A DNA stretch of 64,000 nt from Candidatus Dojkabacteria bacterium (GCA_040006935.1 JBDTVZ010000001.1:103772-167771); one strand, 5' to 3'; shown: positions 51,801 to 62,747, counted from the stretch's first letter. A program made the numbers and translations. The notes: generated by a model not told the origin, from the letters alone.

Positions 51801-53909
51801 AGACCCGAATTCTTTAATTGGAGCTCTTAATCTCATAGTTTGTGTAACTTTAATATTACAATCGCCACTTCCACAATCCACCTTGAAAGTAGGACCAGCT
51901 CCTCCTGCATCATCTTCCATTTTCTGGTAAACACTTTGTGCAGTCGAACTAGTTGCAGAAACTAGCGGAACTCTATTTAAATTATCTCCATATATTGTAG
52001 AGTCAAAGTTGCAGTCCACCCAAGGTCTTGGTTTTGAGCAACTTGAAGTCATGTCGTAAATTACACTTGTAGAAAGTGGTAAAGGTTTTGGATCGTTAGC
52101 ATCAAGTTCGTTTTTCGGGAAGGATCTAAAAAATAAAACGGCTGAAACATTAGTGTCTGTACAAAATTTATTGAATGCATCTTTAAGTTCTGCGTTAGTA
52201 CCTGTAAATTTACCAAACTCAGTAATTAAAGTTTTCATTCCATTACTATCCACAACTTGTTTCATTCCACTATCTACGTAGAAGGAGTAGGCAGATTTAT
52301 TATCTACGTTATAAGTATTACCGGACAAATAATCGAATAATCCAAGATTTAAGCCTCTATTATTCGATAGATATTCATGGACATCATCATTCTGCCTGTT
52401 AGTCATATTAAACACTGCAGGTGTTAAATACATATTCCCTCCAGCAGAAACTCTATATCCTTGAAGTTGTTGTGCAAAGTCATTGGCATGATCTACCAGG
52501 GTTTGGTAATCCCCATTTGGAACTCCAAATGCTGTCATTTCATTTGCCGTTCCAGGTTCGTTTGGTCCTAGAATCGCAACGAATACATTATCCGGACCAA
52601 CCGCATCGGACACATCTTTGTAAAATTTAGGAATACTATTATCGTACATGTTAAAGGCACAACCACCTACAAAACATAATCTAACAATAGGCAAAAGTCC
52701 TGCATCATTTGTTTTAGTTATAAAATCAGCGGCCCTTGCAACATCTGGCCCAGTGAAGAGAGAAATTAAATTTCCTGTTTTTAAATCTCTATGCAAAGAA
52801 TTTCCACCTTGTACAAAATTTATTTCATCAGTCCAAGCACCGACTGAACCCTGATTAATGCCTCCTTTCCCTTCTTCTAAAGAAGTTCCACCACCTGAGT
52901 TAATACTTCTTAATTGTTTTCCAGTCCGAGGATTGAATGCAACACATCTATCCGGTTGATCTACAATATCTTGTTTAGGCGAACTAAAAAGACTTAAATT
53001 CGATTCAAGATCACCTTCCTCATTACATTTCAAAGTGGGATCATCAGAATCTGTTTGGATAGAACTGTGGAAATCTACATTACCACCATTATTAAAGTAG
53101 AATCCTGTTAAGCCAAATCCTTTAGAATAATATTTTTCTTCACCAGCACCAGCGCCACCTGTGCTTCTTAAAACTATAGTTCCATTATTAACGTAAAGGC
53201 TACTAATTTGTGGTCCGTTGCTTCCAGAACTTGCAATATCTACTTGATAAGTTGGGTTAGTTACTTCGAAATCGTTTGTGCAAGCAGTACCACTTGGCTG
53301 ATCTGAATCTCGAATAAATCTTTTTATCTTTTGAGAGGAAGTTTGCGATTCTCCAGGACTCCAGCACCTTGGAATAGGTCCACCTACTTGATCACTAGGA
53401 CCAAAGACCCGATAATAAGCTCTTTGACCATTTGGACATAAACCATCCCAAGAAGTATCTTCCACAAAATAAATATTTTGATTATCGTAATAGTAAAGTT
53501 CGTAATCGTTATTTTTCTTCAATTTAAAAGCATCGTGTCCTTCGAAAGTTGTTTGTTCTACTTGAAACGTTTGTGGTGATGGTCCAGGTCCATCTTTTGT
53601 ACAATACTTAACTTCATAGGATGGAGCACTTTCAGCAAACATGTATTGAAGTAAATCTATTTTATCTCCACAAACTGAATTTGGAATTCCGCCAGGTGAG
53701 GGTAATTCCGAAGCTAAAATATCACCAGTATGAAAGATCTGCGCGAAAGCAACTTCAGCAAAACCAAATGGTCTAATTCCGTAAGACTTTAAATCTCTAA
53801 TTAAATTGAAACTTGAGAAAATAATTATCACGCCAAGAAAAGAAGCCACTAGAATTTGTGACCTATCTAAGGATTTAATAATTTTGAAATAAGTTTTAAA
53901 ACGATTCAT
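48861..53909 (-). CDS. giant membrane-anchored surface protein with an M23 (LytM-type) metallopeptidase domain and a C-terminal lysozyme/glucosaminidase-like region
   Basis: 1682-aa uninterrupted ORF with an N-terminal transmembrane segment. YKLQHT...IQVGDHVNVGQVMT...IHLHVS...NIDP matches M23 motifs (HxxxD, HxH). The C-terminal region contains NWGLGC. Confidence 0.7.
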   Translation of the reverse strand: MNRFKTYFKIIKSLDRSQILVASFLGVIIIFSSFNLIRDLKSYGIRPFGFAEVAFAQIFHTGDILASELPSPGGIPNSVCGDKIDLLQYMFAESAPSYEVKYCTKDGPGPSPQTFQVEQTTFEGHDAFKLKKNNDYELYYYDNQNIYFVEDTSWDGLCPNGQRAYYRVFGPSDQVGGPIPRCWSPGESQTSSQKIKRFIRDSDQPSGTACTNDFEVTNPTYQVDIASSGSNGPQISSLYVNNGTIVLRSTGGAGAGEEKYYSKGFGLTGFYFNNGGNVDFHSSIQTDSDDPTLKCNEEGDLESNLSLFSSPKQDIVDQPDRCVAFNPRTGKQLRSINSGGGTSLEEGKGGINQGSVGAWTDEINFVQGGNSLHRDLKTGNLISLFTGPDVARAADFITKTNDAGLLPIVRLCFVGGCAFNMYDNSIPKFYKDVSDAVGPDNVFVAILGPNEPGTANEMTAFGVPNGDYQTLVDHANDFAQQLQGYRVSAGGNMYLTPAVFNMTNRQNDDVHEYLSNNRGLNLGLFDYLSGNTYNVDNKSAYSFYVDSGMKQVVDSNGMKTLITEFGKFTGTNAELKDAFNKFCTDTNVSAVLFFRSFPKNELDANDPKPLPLSTSVIYDMTSSCSKPRPWVDCNFDSTIYGDNLNRVPLVSATSSTAQSVYQKMEDDAGGAGPTFKVDCGSGDCNIKVTQTMRLRAPIKEFGSNSSFGTETKNFVPICANVASMMNNDVYDPLNQFAGKIGDYPMPWLGSAINCSSELIKYSTDFSNIPALQAYINPGTVIKNTDTDIQGDLLKQNVAREDDSSTCYALERDGKEYIPDERTLFFRGQIVDKCPVNEVKIVRDYNPFSTPQDYIDVPEANSDLKYLKNSDDYIYGPEVQMGTQTVSLGNSSHMCSLYSERNVDPGSKLVASSSINCSVKTDEVVSTNVGTFSCATFAPCSDSDIKNGKCQLNQYLLANAGPEMRSSCFEYGSQGSDRIYYHDNSFAALPSAMDIPNIYDSLYRTYQRLSNSIKSRNLKLVVNNNLGWKVEGYSILRDGNNSSQEQRDSNFKATDPERTYLSDIENNPRSTATVTESNLFNNEVTLGRGVSSQKETDYYYDWLGNLDLFQEYWSVYQNNTQLSGEQRINNPFYQQGGEPNSERQQIVISGLASQYTSLPLLTCDQMEIGKKYTKTQLLGSDSIKNSIRTYLQSTDPKLTGDNLEKSVTDLINQLWPYDYKVSGENYNCITDITDNRKSNKFEVELCRRGYTVEGACERQCTSTPTTTPAGNISGTTCPLPTGHRCFQGATGDFTHCVESSLPADLYPYFVGGSDDPARRDLRVVAPESGVIQNIADNGNQGTFIELLGNSGILYKLQHTARSKMQIQVGDHVNVGQVMTEIATQQSYPGLAYDNNNIHLHVSATKDGQNIDPYYLYGQALGCNLKAPIADDGSPIPNGTVVGADSGYCVTNSDSGFKLQDNACSKPAGLTGDQLFSGSSTTPVSSPTGSGGTTGLNCSITGSVVSGHGDPSGKGIIGCDIALTNANENADFNTIKPYLDIYGRAYNSDSNQSYTFINDPTVYNFVVNKAKQLGINPRFVITEWLEETGGSAVGNWGLGCVYFRDGRPTGELGGLDRHDQNAMMNHISEQIDCLSTYISEFPDFVPYMCTYSGEVGRPNCTSFQNNPHFPLNICRISNEIGAYY

Positions 53910-54043
53910 TAAGATTGTTTAACAATTACATTCTAAGGTAAAAGATATGTATATTCAATTTAAAATATTTATAAACATTACTTAGATAATAGTTATAGGA
54001 TATAAAGAATGAGGTATAATCAAGATATATATAATTAAGAAAT

Positions 54044-54466
54044 ATGGAACGAATAAGAGATATAAATTCAACAGCAGAACAAATTCCAGGAATTCATTCA
54101 ATAGTAAGAGGTTTATTTTTACTAGATGGATTTATTGATGACCTAGTAGCTAATGGGTTGATTGATGACTATAAAGAAAGTTTATCTCAATTCCGTGAAG
54201 ATCTAATTAATGTTCGGGCTCTAGAACAGTTAGAAATATTTTACGAGGCAAATATCATTGATATCTCAGTAATTACTCTTGTTAACAACCAGCTACTTCC
54301 AAATACACAGAAATATCGAGAATTAGTTGTAGTAGTTGTGCAAAGATTATTGCAGATCCTTACTGTGGACCTAGAACAAAAACCAACAATGACCTTATTT
54401 TTCTTTGAAAGAGTTATCAATGCAATTAAGCTATTAGAGTCATTAAGATCAGAAGAAGATAGCTAA
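54044..54466 (+). CDS. hypothetical protein
   Basis: 140-aa ORF. Confidence 0.4.
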   Translation: MERIRDINSTAEQIPGIHSIVRGLFLLDGFIDDLVANGLIDDYKESLSQFREDLINVRALEQLEIFYEANIIDISVITLVNNQLLPNTQKYRELVVVVVQRLLQILTVDLEQKPTMTLFFFERVINAIKLLESLRSEEDS

Positions 54467-54554
54467 TAGGAACTGTTATTTAGCAGAACTTGATATTGAC
54501 TGCTAAAAACTTTATAATTACAATAGTATAAAGTTAAATTTTTAATAACTTTCT

Positions 54555-57059
54555 ATGAATATTTCTGATCTCTTCTCGAATCGAACTAACGAAGCTCTTC
54601 AAATCGCACTTTCTAAAACAATTGAAAACCATCAAAGAGCAGTAGATACAGAAGAAATTTTATATGGCCTAACGTCCGATGATATTGTAATGAGTAAAAT
54701 CTTTAAAGAGTTAGGAGTTGACGTTAAAGAACTACAAAATCTTTTAGATAAACAGATTACAGAAGGATCATATTCAGGCAGCCAACCAAGTTTTACACCG
54801 AGAGCAAGCCAAGTAATTCAACTTGCATATCAAGAATCTTTAGAATTAAACCATACTTACATTGGAACAGAACATTTATTTTTAGGTTTAATACTTGAGC
54901 AAGAAGGCTTGGCAGCACAAATCTTAAGAAGATATGGAATTACGCATATTCAAGCAAGGCAAGCAGTTATTAAAGTTGTAGGAGAAGGAGATAAAGAAGG
55001 TTCCGAAGTTGGAAAAACATCGGAGACCCCAACATTAGATGAGTTTACAAAAGACCTTACTGACTTAGCTAAACAAGATAAAATCGATCCTGTAATTGGA
55101 CGAGATGACGAAATAACAAGAGTTGTGGAGATTCTTTCAAGAAGAAAGAAAAACAACCCCGTGTTAATTGGAGAACCTGGAGTTGGGAAAACAGCAATTG
55201 CGGAAGGACTTGCACAAAGAATCATATCCGGACAAGTTCCAGAAGTTTTAAGAGGTAAAAAAGTAAAGTCCCTTGATCTCACATCGTTAGTTGCAGGTTC
55301 TAAGTTCCGAGGAGAATTTGAAGAGAGAGCAAAGAAATTGATTGAGGATTTAGAGAAAGCGGAACGAAGTGTCATTTTGTTTATTGATGAACTACATACA
55401 ATAGTAGGAAGCGGAGCTCAACAAGGAGAATTGGATTTCTCAAATATGATAAAACCTGCATTAGCTCGTGGAGAACTTCAGGTTATTGGAGCAACAACTT
55501 TGAATGAATACCAAAAGTATATTGAAAAAGATGCAGCTTTAGAGCGAAGGTTTCAACCAGTAATTGTTGAAGAACCTAGTGTCGAAAATACCATTATAAT
55601 ATTAAAAGGTATTAAAGAAAGATACGAAGCTCATCACAAATTAAAGATCAATGAAGATGCTTTAGTAGCTTCTGCAATTTTATCTCAAAGATATATTAAA
55701 AATAGATTCTTACCAGACAAAGCAATAGATGTGTTGGATGAAGCTTCAAGCAGAGTAAGGCTAAGAGTAACAAGTGAACCAAAGGAATTACAAGTTTTAA
55801 AATCTCAAATTAAAAAATTAGAAACAGAAAGAGAATCTTTAACGAGAGGAGGACAACACAAAGAATCTGCAGAGTTAAAAGTTAAAATCGAACAACTTAA
55901 AGAAGAGTTAAAACCAATCGAAACGGAATGGTTAAGAAAAAGAGGAACTGGAACACCAGAAGTAAATGTTTCTGATATTAATGAAGTAATTTCCAGAATG
56001 ACTGGAGTTCCAATTACTGAATTAAATCAAGAAGAAAAAGCTAAGTTAATAAATTTAGAAGAAAATTTGCACAAAAGAATTATTGGACAAGAAGAAGCTG
56101 TTCATTTAGTTGCTCAATCAATTCGAAGAGCACGGACAGGATTAAAAGATCCTAAAAGACCTATTGCTTCATTTTTATTTCTCGGTCCTACAGGAGTTGG
56201 GAAAACTGAATTAGCAAAAGCACTTTCAGAATTAGTTTTTGGAGATGAAGATGCAATGATTCGTTTAGATATGAGTGAATATATGGAAAAGTTTGCAGTT
56301 TCAAGGTTAATAGGTGCTCCTCCAGGGTATGTGGGTTATGATGAAGGTGGACAATTAACCGAGAAAGTGAGGAGAAAACCATATTCTGTAATCTTGCTAG
56401 ACGAAATTGAAAAAGCCCATCCAGACGTATTCAACATTTTACTGCAAGTTCTTGACGACGGTAAATTAACTGATGGGAAAGGTAGAATGGTTGATTTTAA
56501 AAATACCATTATTATTGCAACTAGTAATATTGGTGCAGATTTAATAGTAGCATCAATTGGGGCAACAGAAGTTGGTAAAATGATCGATTCAATAACTACT
56601 AAAGAAGACCATGCCGAAGGGCAGGCAAGTAAGAAAAGTTTAGTAAAAATGAAATCAGTAGAGCAATCTTTGCCAAAGTGGGAAGAGTTAAAAACTCAAG
56701 TATTTGAAATTCTTAAAAAATATTTCAGGCCGGAATTCTTAAACAGATTGGATGAAATAATAATGTTTAAAGCATTAACAATGAGTGAAGTTGAAAGGAT
56801 TGTTCTTCTCGTTTTAGAAAATACACAAGAACTTTTAAAACAACAAGACGTAGATGTTGAATTTGATAAAAGTGTAATTGAAGAAGTTGCAAGAATCAGT
56901 TTTAATCCGCAATTTGGTGCTAGGCCTATAAAAAGGACTGTGCAAAGAGAAATTGATAATTTAATATCTCAGGAATTACTTGAAGATAAAGTTAAGTCTG
57001 GAAGTAAAATTAAATTGGTATTTAAAGGAAATAAGTTTATGGTAGAAAAAAGAAATTAA
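54555..57059 (+). CDS. clpC: ATP-dependent Clp protease ATP-binding subunit ClpC (class III AAA+ chaperone)
   Basis: 834 aa. Two Clp_N repeats. Two AAA modules (GEPGVGKT and GPTGVGKT). A short middle domain consistent with ClpC rather than ClpB. Confidence 0.9.
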   Translation: MNISDLFSNRTNEALQIALSKTIENHQRAVDTEEILYGLTSDDIVMSKIFKELGVDVKELQNLLDKQITEGSYSGSQPSFTPRASQVIQLAYQESLELNHTYIGTEHLFLGLILEQEGLAAQILRRYGITHIQARQAVIKVVGEGDKEGSEVGKTSETPTLDEFTKDLTDLAKQDKIDPVIGRDDEITRVVEILSRRKKNNPVLIGEPGVGKTAIAEGLAQRIISGQVPEVLRGKKVKSLDLTSLVAGSKFRGEFEERAKKLIEDLEKAERSVILFIDELHTIVGSGAQQGELDFSNMIKPALARGELQVIGATTLNEYQKYIEKDAALERRFQPVIVEEPSVENTIIILKGIKERYEAHHKLKINEDALVASAILSQRYIKNRFLPDKAIDVLDEASSRVRLRVTSEPKELQVLKSQIKKLETERESLTRGGQHKESAELKVKIEQLKEELKPIETEWLRKRGTGTPEVNVSDINEVISRMTGVPITELNQEEKAKLINLEENLHKRIIGQEEAVHLVAQSIRRARTGLKDPKRPIASFLFLGPTGVGKTELAKALSELVFGDEDAMIRLDMSEYMEKFAVSRLIGAPPGYVGYDEGGQLTEKVRRKPYSVILLDEIEKAHPDVFNILLQVLDDGKLTDGKGRMVDFKNTIIIATSNIGADLIVASIGATEVGKMIDSITTKEDHAEGQASKKSLVKMKSVEQSLPKWEELKTQVFEILKKYFRPEFLNRLDEIIMFKALTMSEVERIVLLVLENTQELLKQQDVDVEFDKSVIEEVARISFNPQFGARPIKRTVQREIDNLISQELLEDKVKSGSKIKLVFKGNKFMVEKRN

Positions 57060-57520
57060 AATTCAACTCCGTATTTAATATAAAGCTCCTTTCTACGTTC
57101 CCAGTCGACTTCGATATGTGATCTAGTATCTATGAAATTTTCAATCTCAGTAAGAGCATCTATAGATATTATTAGAAACTTATTCAAATCTAAGGCTCCA
57201 TCTTTAATACATATATTCCAAGCGTCGACTAAAGCTTTTAAAAGTCTGAAATTTTCTTCGATATTTTTATTAAATAGACTTAAACCAAAGATTCTATCAG
57301 ATAATTCCTCCACGCTGGTAGAATTAGTAATATAAACGAACTCATCAATTCCAACAAGATCAGCTACATACTTCATTCTACTTGGGTTAAACACAATATC
57401 AACAAAAATAGATGAGAGCTTTGCCTGTGGTGAATCTAAGGGAATTTCCTTAATATTCTTTCTTAAATATCCAATATTTTTAACAGCATCAACATATTGT
57501 TTTAACTGTAATAAATCCAT
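57056..57520 (-). CDS. hypothetical protein (tandem paralog A)
   Basis: 154 aa. Shares conserved C-terminal blocks (..DAWN.., [12 protein letters not shown]) with the adjacent ORF. Confidence 0.4.
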   Translation of the reverse strand: MDLLQLKQYVDAVKNIGYLRKNIKEIPLDSPQAKLSSIFVDIVFNPSRMKYVADLVGIDEFVYITNSTSVEELSDRIFGLSLFNKNIEENFRLLKALVDAWNICIKDGALDLNKFLIISIDALTEIENFIDTRSHIEVDWERRKELYIKYGVEF

Positions 57521-57552
57521 ATTTAAATTAATAATGTGAAAAAGATTTAATA

Positions 57553-58011
57553 CTACATCTCAACATTATATTTTCTACATAATTCTTCTCGTTTTTCTTT
57601 ATCTATTTCTATTTCTGGAGATCCTGTTGAATAAGATAATCTAGAGGTAAGACCTTTAATACAACTTATTATAAATTCTTCCGGTTTGATAACTCCATCA
57701 TCATTCAGATTTGAATTCCAAGAATCTCTCAAAATTCTAAGTATCACAAACTTATCAGACAATTCAGGCTTGAGTATATTGCTATCTAAAATCCTCGCTA
57801 TGAAATCTTCTGCTGTAGTACTGTTAGCTAGTAAATCTAACTTCTCTTGACCAAAGTATTCGTAACTCATATTGATACCTTCAGCACTAAACATTAAAGA
57901 TATAAACATATGAACTATCTTGGATTTTGAATCAGTTAATATTTCAGAATCTAAATTTTTCTTGAAATTCATAAATTTAGTTACAATTTCTTGTTTCCAG
58001 AGTAAACTCAT
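57553..58011 (-). CDS. hypothetical protein (tandem paralog B)
   Basis: 152 aa. RDSWN...REELCRKYNVEM aligns with paralog A. Confidence 0.4.
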   Translation of the reverse strand: MSLLWKQEIVTKFMNFKKNLDSEILTDSKSKIVHMFISLMFSAEGINMSYEYFGQEKLDLLANSTTAEDFIARILDSNILKPELSDKFVILRILRDSWNSNLNDDGVIKPEEFIISCIKGLTSRLSYSTGSPEIEIDKEKREELCRKYNVEM

Positions 58012-58096
58012 ATTTTTATTATAATAATTGCGAGATTATATCAGATAAATATTTAAAGAGAAATTTGATACAATTATATGAATAATTAAATCAAAT

Positions 58097-58744
58097 ATGA
58101 ATGTTCTAATCTTAATATTTATAATTTTATTATCTCTCCAAATTGTATTGGCATTATTTGCCTGGGGATTACGAAGGGAGTTAGAAAAGAAATATTCATT
58201 TGCCACAGGTGAAGGGAAGGAACCTGCAGAAGTAATTGAAGAATACTATAAAGATGGTAATACGAAATTTAGAATTATTGCTTCAGACGAAATTGTAGAA
58301 CCTGCTTTTGCCGAGAGCGATTTATTGATAATTAATAAAAATAAAATTTACAAGAAAGATCTTTACACAAATTTTTATATAATTTTTCAGGCAGAATTAA
58401 CAAAAAGTGACTACAAAATCTTAAGAATATTAGGAAATTTCCAAAGTTTTGTATTTATATTAGAAATCGCAGTGTTTGTGCTTGCAAATACAATAACAAC
58501 CAACTTTAAGGAGATTATTCTGTATGTTGCAATAGCTATTCAAATCTTCTCATTCATTCTTACACTCATTGGATTTATACAAATAGATGGATTATTAGAC
58601 GACACGATGACAATTTCGAAATCCTTACTTAAACTCGACGATGTAGAAGAAGCAAGAGCACTAGGTCTAAAAAGTGATTTAAGATACTCAGTTTTTGAAT
58701 ATCCATTTGAAGTTGTGTGGCGAATAGTACAGTTTCTGAGATGA
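58097..58744 (+). CDS. hypothetical membrane protein
   Basis: 215 aa with N-terminal and central transmembrane helices. Confidence 0.4.
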   Translation: MNVLILIFIILLSLQIVLALFAWGLRRELEKKYSFATGEGKEPAEVIEEYYKDGNTKFRIIASDEIVEPAFAESDLLIINKNKIYKKDLYTNFYIIFQAELTKSDYKILRILGNFQSFVFILEIAVFVLANTITTNFKEIILYVAIAIQIFSFILTLIGFIQIDGLLDDTMTISKSLLKLDDVEEARALGLKSDLRYSVFEYPFEVVWRIVQFLR

Positions 58745-58890
58745 TGAGAGAATTAATTACGAGCTATCTCTCGTAACCCACATTCACATCCTCCAATCCT
58801 CCTTTAATTCTTGTTAATTACTAATTGTTTGGGTTATACTTTGTAGCTCATAAAACAAGCAAAAACCCTTAAATTTTAGACAAGTTAAGT

Positions 58891-61800
58891 ATGTTCCCAA
58901 AACTTAAATTCGGTATTGACCCAAACTCAAAACAAGTCAAAATCACCGATAAACCTCTACAGAAAATCAAAGAACTTAGAGAGCAAACAAAAGATATGAG
59001 TTTTGAGGATATGAGAAAAAGGATTTCCGAAATGAAGGCAGAGCTTAGTGAATTAAGTAATAAAATCCCTAAAGATAAAAAACTTTCTTTAACTAAAGTA
59101 GAAAGGCAAGCTGGTTTATCGAAAGAAGAGCAAGATATTCAAAAGAAATTATACGATTTCATGCCTGAAGTTTATGCTTTTGTGGACGAGGTATTCTCTA
59201 GAAAAATTGGATTTAGATACCACGATGTACAATTAAGAGCTGCAATTACACTCTCTCAAGGACAGAGACTTGTTGAGTTATTCACGGGAGAAGGGAAAAC
59301 CATGACTTTCCAGTTGCCTTTAATACTTTACTCTTTAGTAGGAAGAGGAGCTCATCTTATTACTGTTAATGATTACCTTTCTAGAAGAGATGGAGAATAC
59401 GCAGGACACGTAGCAGTAGAATTAGGCCTAAGCCTTGGAATTATTAATTCTCAAGCTTCATATAGATTTATCGCAGACGATCAGATCAAAGCTTATAAAG
59501 GGGAAGAAGGACAGGCCGTTCGTGATGCTATTAAGAATCTAGATATTAGCAATATGGATAGTGCTAATTTAATTGAGTGTTCAAAAACTGAGAGCTATAA
59601 CTGTGATATAACCTATGGAACTAACAATGAATTTGGATTTGATTATTTAAGAGATAACATGGCTTGGGATTTAAGCCAACTGTCTCAAAGAGAACTTTAT
59701 TTCTGCATTATAGACGAGGCCGATTCAATTTTAATTGACGAAGCTAGAACACCATTAATTATTTCTGGAGTACCTAGTGATGCCAATACAAACAAATATC
59801 AATTATTCGCTGCTGCAGTAGAGCCATTGGAAGAAGAAAAAGATTTTGTTATTGACCATAAATCTCGATCCGTAAGCCTTACAGAAGAAGGAATTAAGCA
59901 TGTGGAAAATAATCTAGGAATAGATAACCTTTGGAATGACTATTCAAATGCTTACCATATTGAGAATGCATTAAAAGCAAAATCAATGTTTAAAAAAGAT
60001 GATGAGTATATGGTAAAGAATGGCGAAGTTTTAATTGTAGATGAATTCACTGGTAGAGTTTTAAAAGGGAGAAGATATAGTGAGGGTTTACACCAAGCAA
60101 TTGAAGCTAAGGAAAAAGTTCAAATTCAACAAGAAAGCAAAACTTACGCAACGATCACTTTCCAAAACTTTTTTAGGCTTTACAAAGTTCTTTGTGGAGG
60201 TTCTGGAACTATTATGACAGAAGCCGAAGAGTTCTTTAAAATATATGGACTTGAATCAGTAAATGTTCCAACAAATAAGCCTGTTGTTAGAGTCGATCAT
60301 AAGGATAGAATATATAAATCACAAGATGCAAAATTTAAGGCTGTTGTAGCAGAAATTAAAGAAAGAAATGCATTAGGACAACCAATATTAGTTGGTACAA
60401 CTTCTGTCGATAGATCTGAAATCATTTCTCATCTTTTAGACTTGGAAGGCATTCCTCATGAAGTTTTAAATGCTAAATATCACGAGCAGGAAGCAAAGAT
60501 TATTGAGAGAGCCGGTAGAAGAGGTGCAGTTACTGTTGCCACAAACATGGCAGGTAGAGGTGCAGATATTGTTATTGGAGGAGGAAGGAGAGGTGATGCA
60601 GCATGGAAAGAGATTGCAGATATTGGTGGACTTCACGTTATAGGAACAGAAAGACATGAATCTCGTAGAATTGATAATCAATTAAGAGGAAGAACTGGAA
60701 GACAAGGAGAACCTGGGTCTTCAAGATTTTATGTTGCGTTAGATGATACTTTAATGAAAATTCTTGGTGGTGATGTTATGTCTGGTTTAATGGATAAAGT
60801 TGGAATGCAAGACGATATGCCAATTGAAATGAGTTTTATTTCTAGACAAATAGAAATGGCTCAAAAAAGAATAGAGAATATCAATTTTGACTCCCGAAAA
60901 AGAGTAGTTGATTACGACGATGTAATGAATCAACACAGGGAAATTTTCTATTCGAGAAGAAGAAAATTCTTAAATAACGTAGAGAATTCATCTGGTAAAT
61001 TTATTGATGGAGTAAAAGTAATTGATATTAATACACCTGAATATAAAGATAAAATTGCAGAGAGAAAAGACGATGTGGAAGAAGCAAGAGCAAAAGTTAA
61101 GTCAACAATAGAAAAGATTTTTGTAGGAGATGTTAAAAAATCAATTAATGATTATTTAAGCGCAAACCCAAGGTTAAATGAAGATAAATTAAAGAAAATT
61201 ATGGATATTTTTGCTACATTTGTTCCTGCTGGTTTAGTAGCACCATTTGTAAATGTTAGAGAAGGGGAAGCATATTCTGAAATTTTGAAGAAAGTTAAAA
61301 CATTAAAGAACAATGAGATTCTTCCATATTTTGCAGATCTAGCTCAAAATGCTTACCCAATAAAAGTTGAAGAATTTGGGGAAGATTTTTACTACCTAGC
61401 AAAAGTTTTGATGCTTCAAAATACTGATAATCTCTGGGTTGACCACTTAGAATTAATGAAAGACATTAGAGAAGGAATAGGATTGCAAGCATATGCTCAA
61501 AAAGATCCTTTGGTTGAATATAAGAACGAGGCATTTATAGTTTTCTCTAACTTTATCGATAAGATTAACTCTGAAGTTGCAAAGAAAATTTTAAATATTC
61601 AAAAAGTAGAAAAACAACCAGAACCTCAAATGCAAAAATTGGATACCAACGTTGAAGATATTCAAGATATTTTAGACGGAGATAGAGAATTTATTCAAGA
61701 TGCTGAGATTACTTCAGATGTAAAAGATGGAGTTAGAGCAGATTCTGTAATTAAGAAAGCAATTAGAGAAAGAGATAGGAATCAATCATCGTTATCTTCT

Positions 61801-61965
61801 AATAGAATTAAAGATACTGTTGGTACTAAGAAAAACGAAAAGTTTGAAAATATAGGAAGAAACGATAAAGTTTCTGTTAGATATAAAGATGGTAAAGAAT
61901 TAAAAGATGTTAAGTATAAGAAAGTAGAACAGGATGTTAAAAATGGTGATGCTATTTTGATTTAG
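58891..61965 (+). CDS. secA: preprotein translocase ATPase SecA (with a long C-terminal extension)
   Basis: 1024 aa. DEAD-like motor motifs (FTGEGKT, DEADS-like IIDEADSILIDEARTPLIISG) and an HSD/IRA region. The ~150-aa C-terminal tail has no zinc-finger CxxC motifs. Confidence 0.95.
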   Translation: MFPKLKFGIDPNSKQVKITDKPLQKIKELREQTKDMSFEDMRKRISEMKAELSELSNKIPKDKKLSLTKVERQAGLSKEEQDIQKKLYDFMPEVYAFVDEVFSRKIGFRYHDVQLRAAITLSQGQRLVELFTGEGKTMTFQLPLILYSLVGRGAHLITVNDYLSRRDGEYAGHVAVELGLSLGIINSQASYRFIADDQIKAYKGEEGQAVRDAIKNLDISNMDSANLIECSKTESYNCDITYGTNNEFGFDYLRDNMAWDLSQLSQRELYFCIIDEADSILIDEARTPLIISGVPSDANTNKYQLFAAAVEPLEEEKDFVIDHKSRSVSLTEEGIKHVENNLGIDNLWNDYSNAYHIENALKAKSMFKKDDEYMVKNGEVLIVDEFTGRVLKGRRYSEGLHQAIEAKEKVQIQQESKTYATITFQNFFRLYKVLCGGSGTIMTEAEEFFKIYGLESVNVPTNKPVVRVDHKDRIYKSQDAKFKAVVAEIKERNALGQPILVGTTSVDRSEIISHLLDLEGIPHEVLNAKYHEQEAKIIERAGRRGAVTVATNMAGRGADIVIGGGRRGDAAWKEIADIGGLHVIGTERHESRRIDNQLRGRTGRQGEPGSSRFYVALDDTLMKILGGDVMSGLMDKVGMQDDMPIEMSFISRQIEMAQKRIENINFDSRKRVVDYDDVMNQHREIFYSRRRKFLNNVENSSGKFIDGVKVIDINTPEYKDKIAERKDDVEEARAKVKSTIEKIFVGDVKKSINDYLSANPRLNEDKLKKIMDIFATFVPAGLVAPFVNVREGEAYSEILKKVKTLKNNEILPYFADLAQNAYPIKVEEFGEDFYYLAKVLMLQNTDNLWVDHLELMKDIREGIGLQAYAQKDPLVEYKNEAFIVFSNFIDKINSEVAKKILNIQKVEKQPEPQMQKLDTNVEDIQDILDGDREFIQDAEITSDVKDGVRADSVIKKAIRERDRNQSSLSSNRIKDTVGTKKNEKFENIGRNDKVSVRYKDGKELKDVKYKKVEQDVKNGDAILI

Positions 61966-61968
61966 AAA

Positions 61969-62691
61969 ATGATTAAAAAGTTTTTTATTGCTTTTTATAG
62001 ACTTTCGAGAATTAAAGTAATTTTAAAAGATTACTTTATTCCTCTGACAATCATATCTATTTTTGCATCGGGATTTAAAGTTAGTATTTTTGATTATGTG
62101 ATTGCCATATTAGTTTCACTTTCTGTTCATTGTTACTCTTTTATTGTCAACGATTGCGAGGATGCAGAAGATGATGCTATGGATCCAAAGAAAGTACATC
62201 GAAATCCAATCTCAGATAAATTTATAACTTATAAGCAAGGATTAATGTTCCTGCAGATAACTTCATTTCCTACTTTAATTATAGTTTTAGTTTTTCAAAG
62301 TATTCCAGCTTCTTTAATTATTCTTTCCGCACTACTTGCAGGACATTTCTACTCTTGGAAAACTGTTAGATTTAAATCTTATCCATTTATAGATTTACTT
62401 TCACATTGTTATGCACTCGGAGTTTTTCAAGTTGTTTATTTTATGCTGCTTTCAAACGGAGAAAATAGTTTAATTGGAGTGTTTTCTATTGTAGGTATTG
62501 GGTTATTTTCTATGGGAGGCGCTTTATATAATCAAATTAGAGATTTTGAAGTAGATGTAAAATCTAAATTAAATAATACGGCAATTACAATTGGGAAAGG
62601 AAATGCGAATATGCTTTCAATCCTCTTTTACTCACTTGGAGTTTCGTTAATTGCTGTCGCAATTATTTTAAGACTTGCCAAGTTTTCTTAA
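61969..62691 (+). CDS. UbiA family prenyltransferase
   Basis: 240 aa polytopic membrane protein. VNDCEDAEDDAMD...RNPI matches the UbiA motif NDxxDxxxD...RP. Confidence 0.6.
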   Translation: MIKKFFIAFYRLSRIKVILKDYFIPLTIISIFASGFKVSIFDYVIAILVSLSVHCYSFIVNDCEDAEDDAMDPKKVHRNPISDKFITYKQGLMFLQITSFPTLIIVLVFQSIPASLIILSALLAGHFYSWKTVRFKSYPFIDLLSHCYALGVFQVVYFMLLSNGENSLIGVFSIVGIGLFSMGGALYNQIRDFEVDVKSKLNNTAITIGKGNANMLSILFYSLGVSLIAVAIILRLAKFS

Positions 62692-62747
62692 CATTCCAAG
62701 CTTTTCCTGCTACTATTAATTGAATTATTCAATTATTTTCTTACTAA

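Noticed and set aside
54950-55375. 141-aa minus-strand ORF inside clpC, and other short antisense ORFs (56188-56382, 60466-60681, 34019-34210, 35034-35853, 50701-52854)
   Set aside because: All are embedded antisense in strongly supported long genes.
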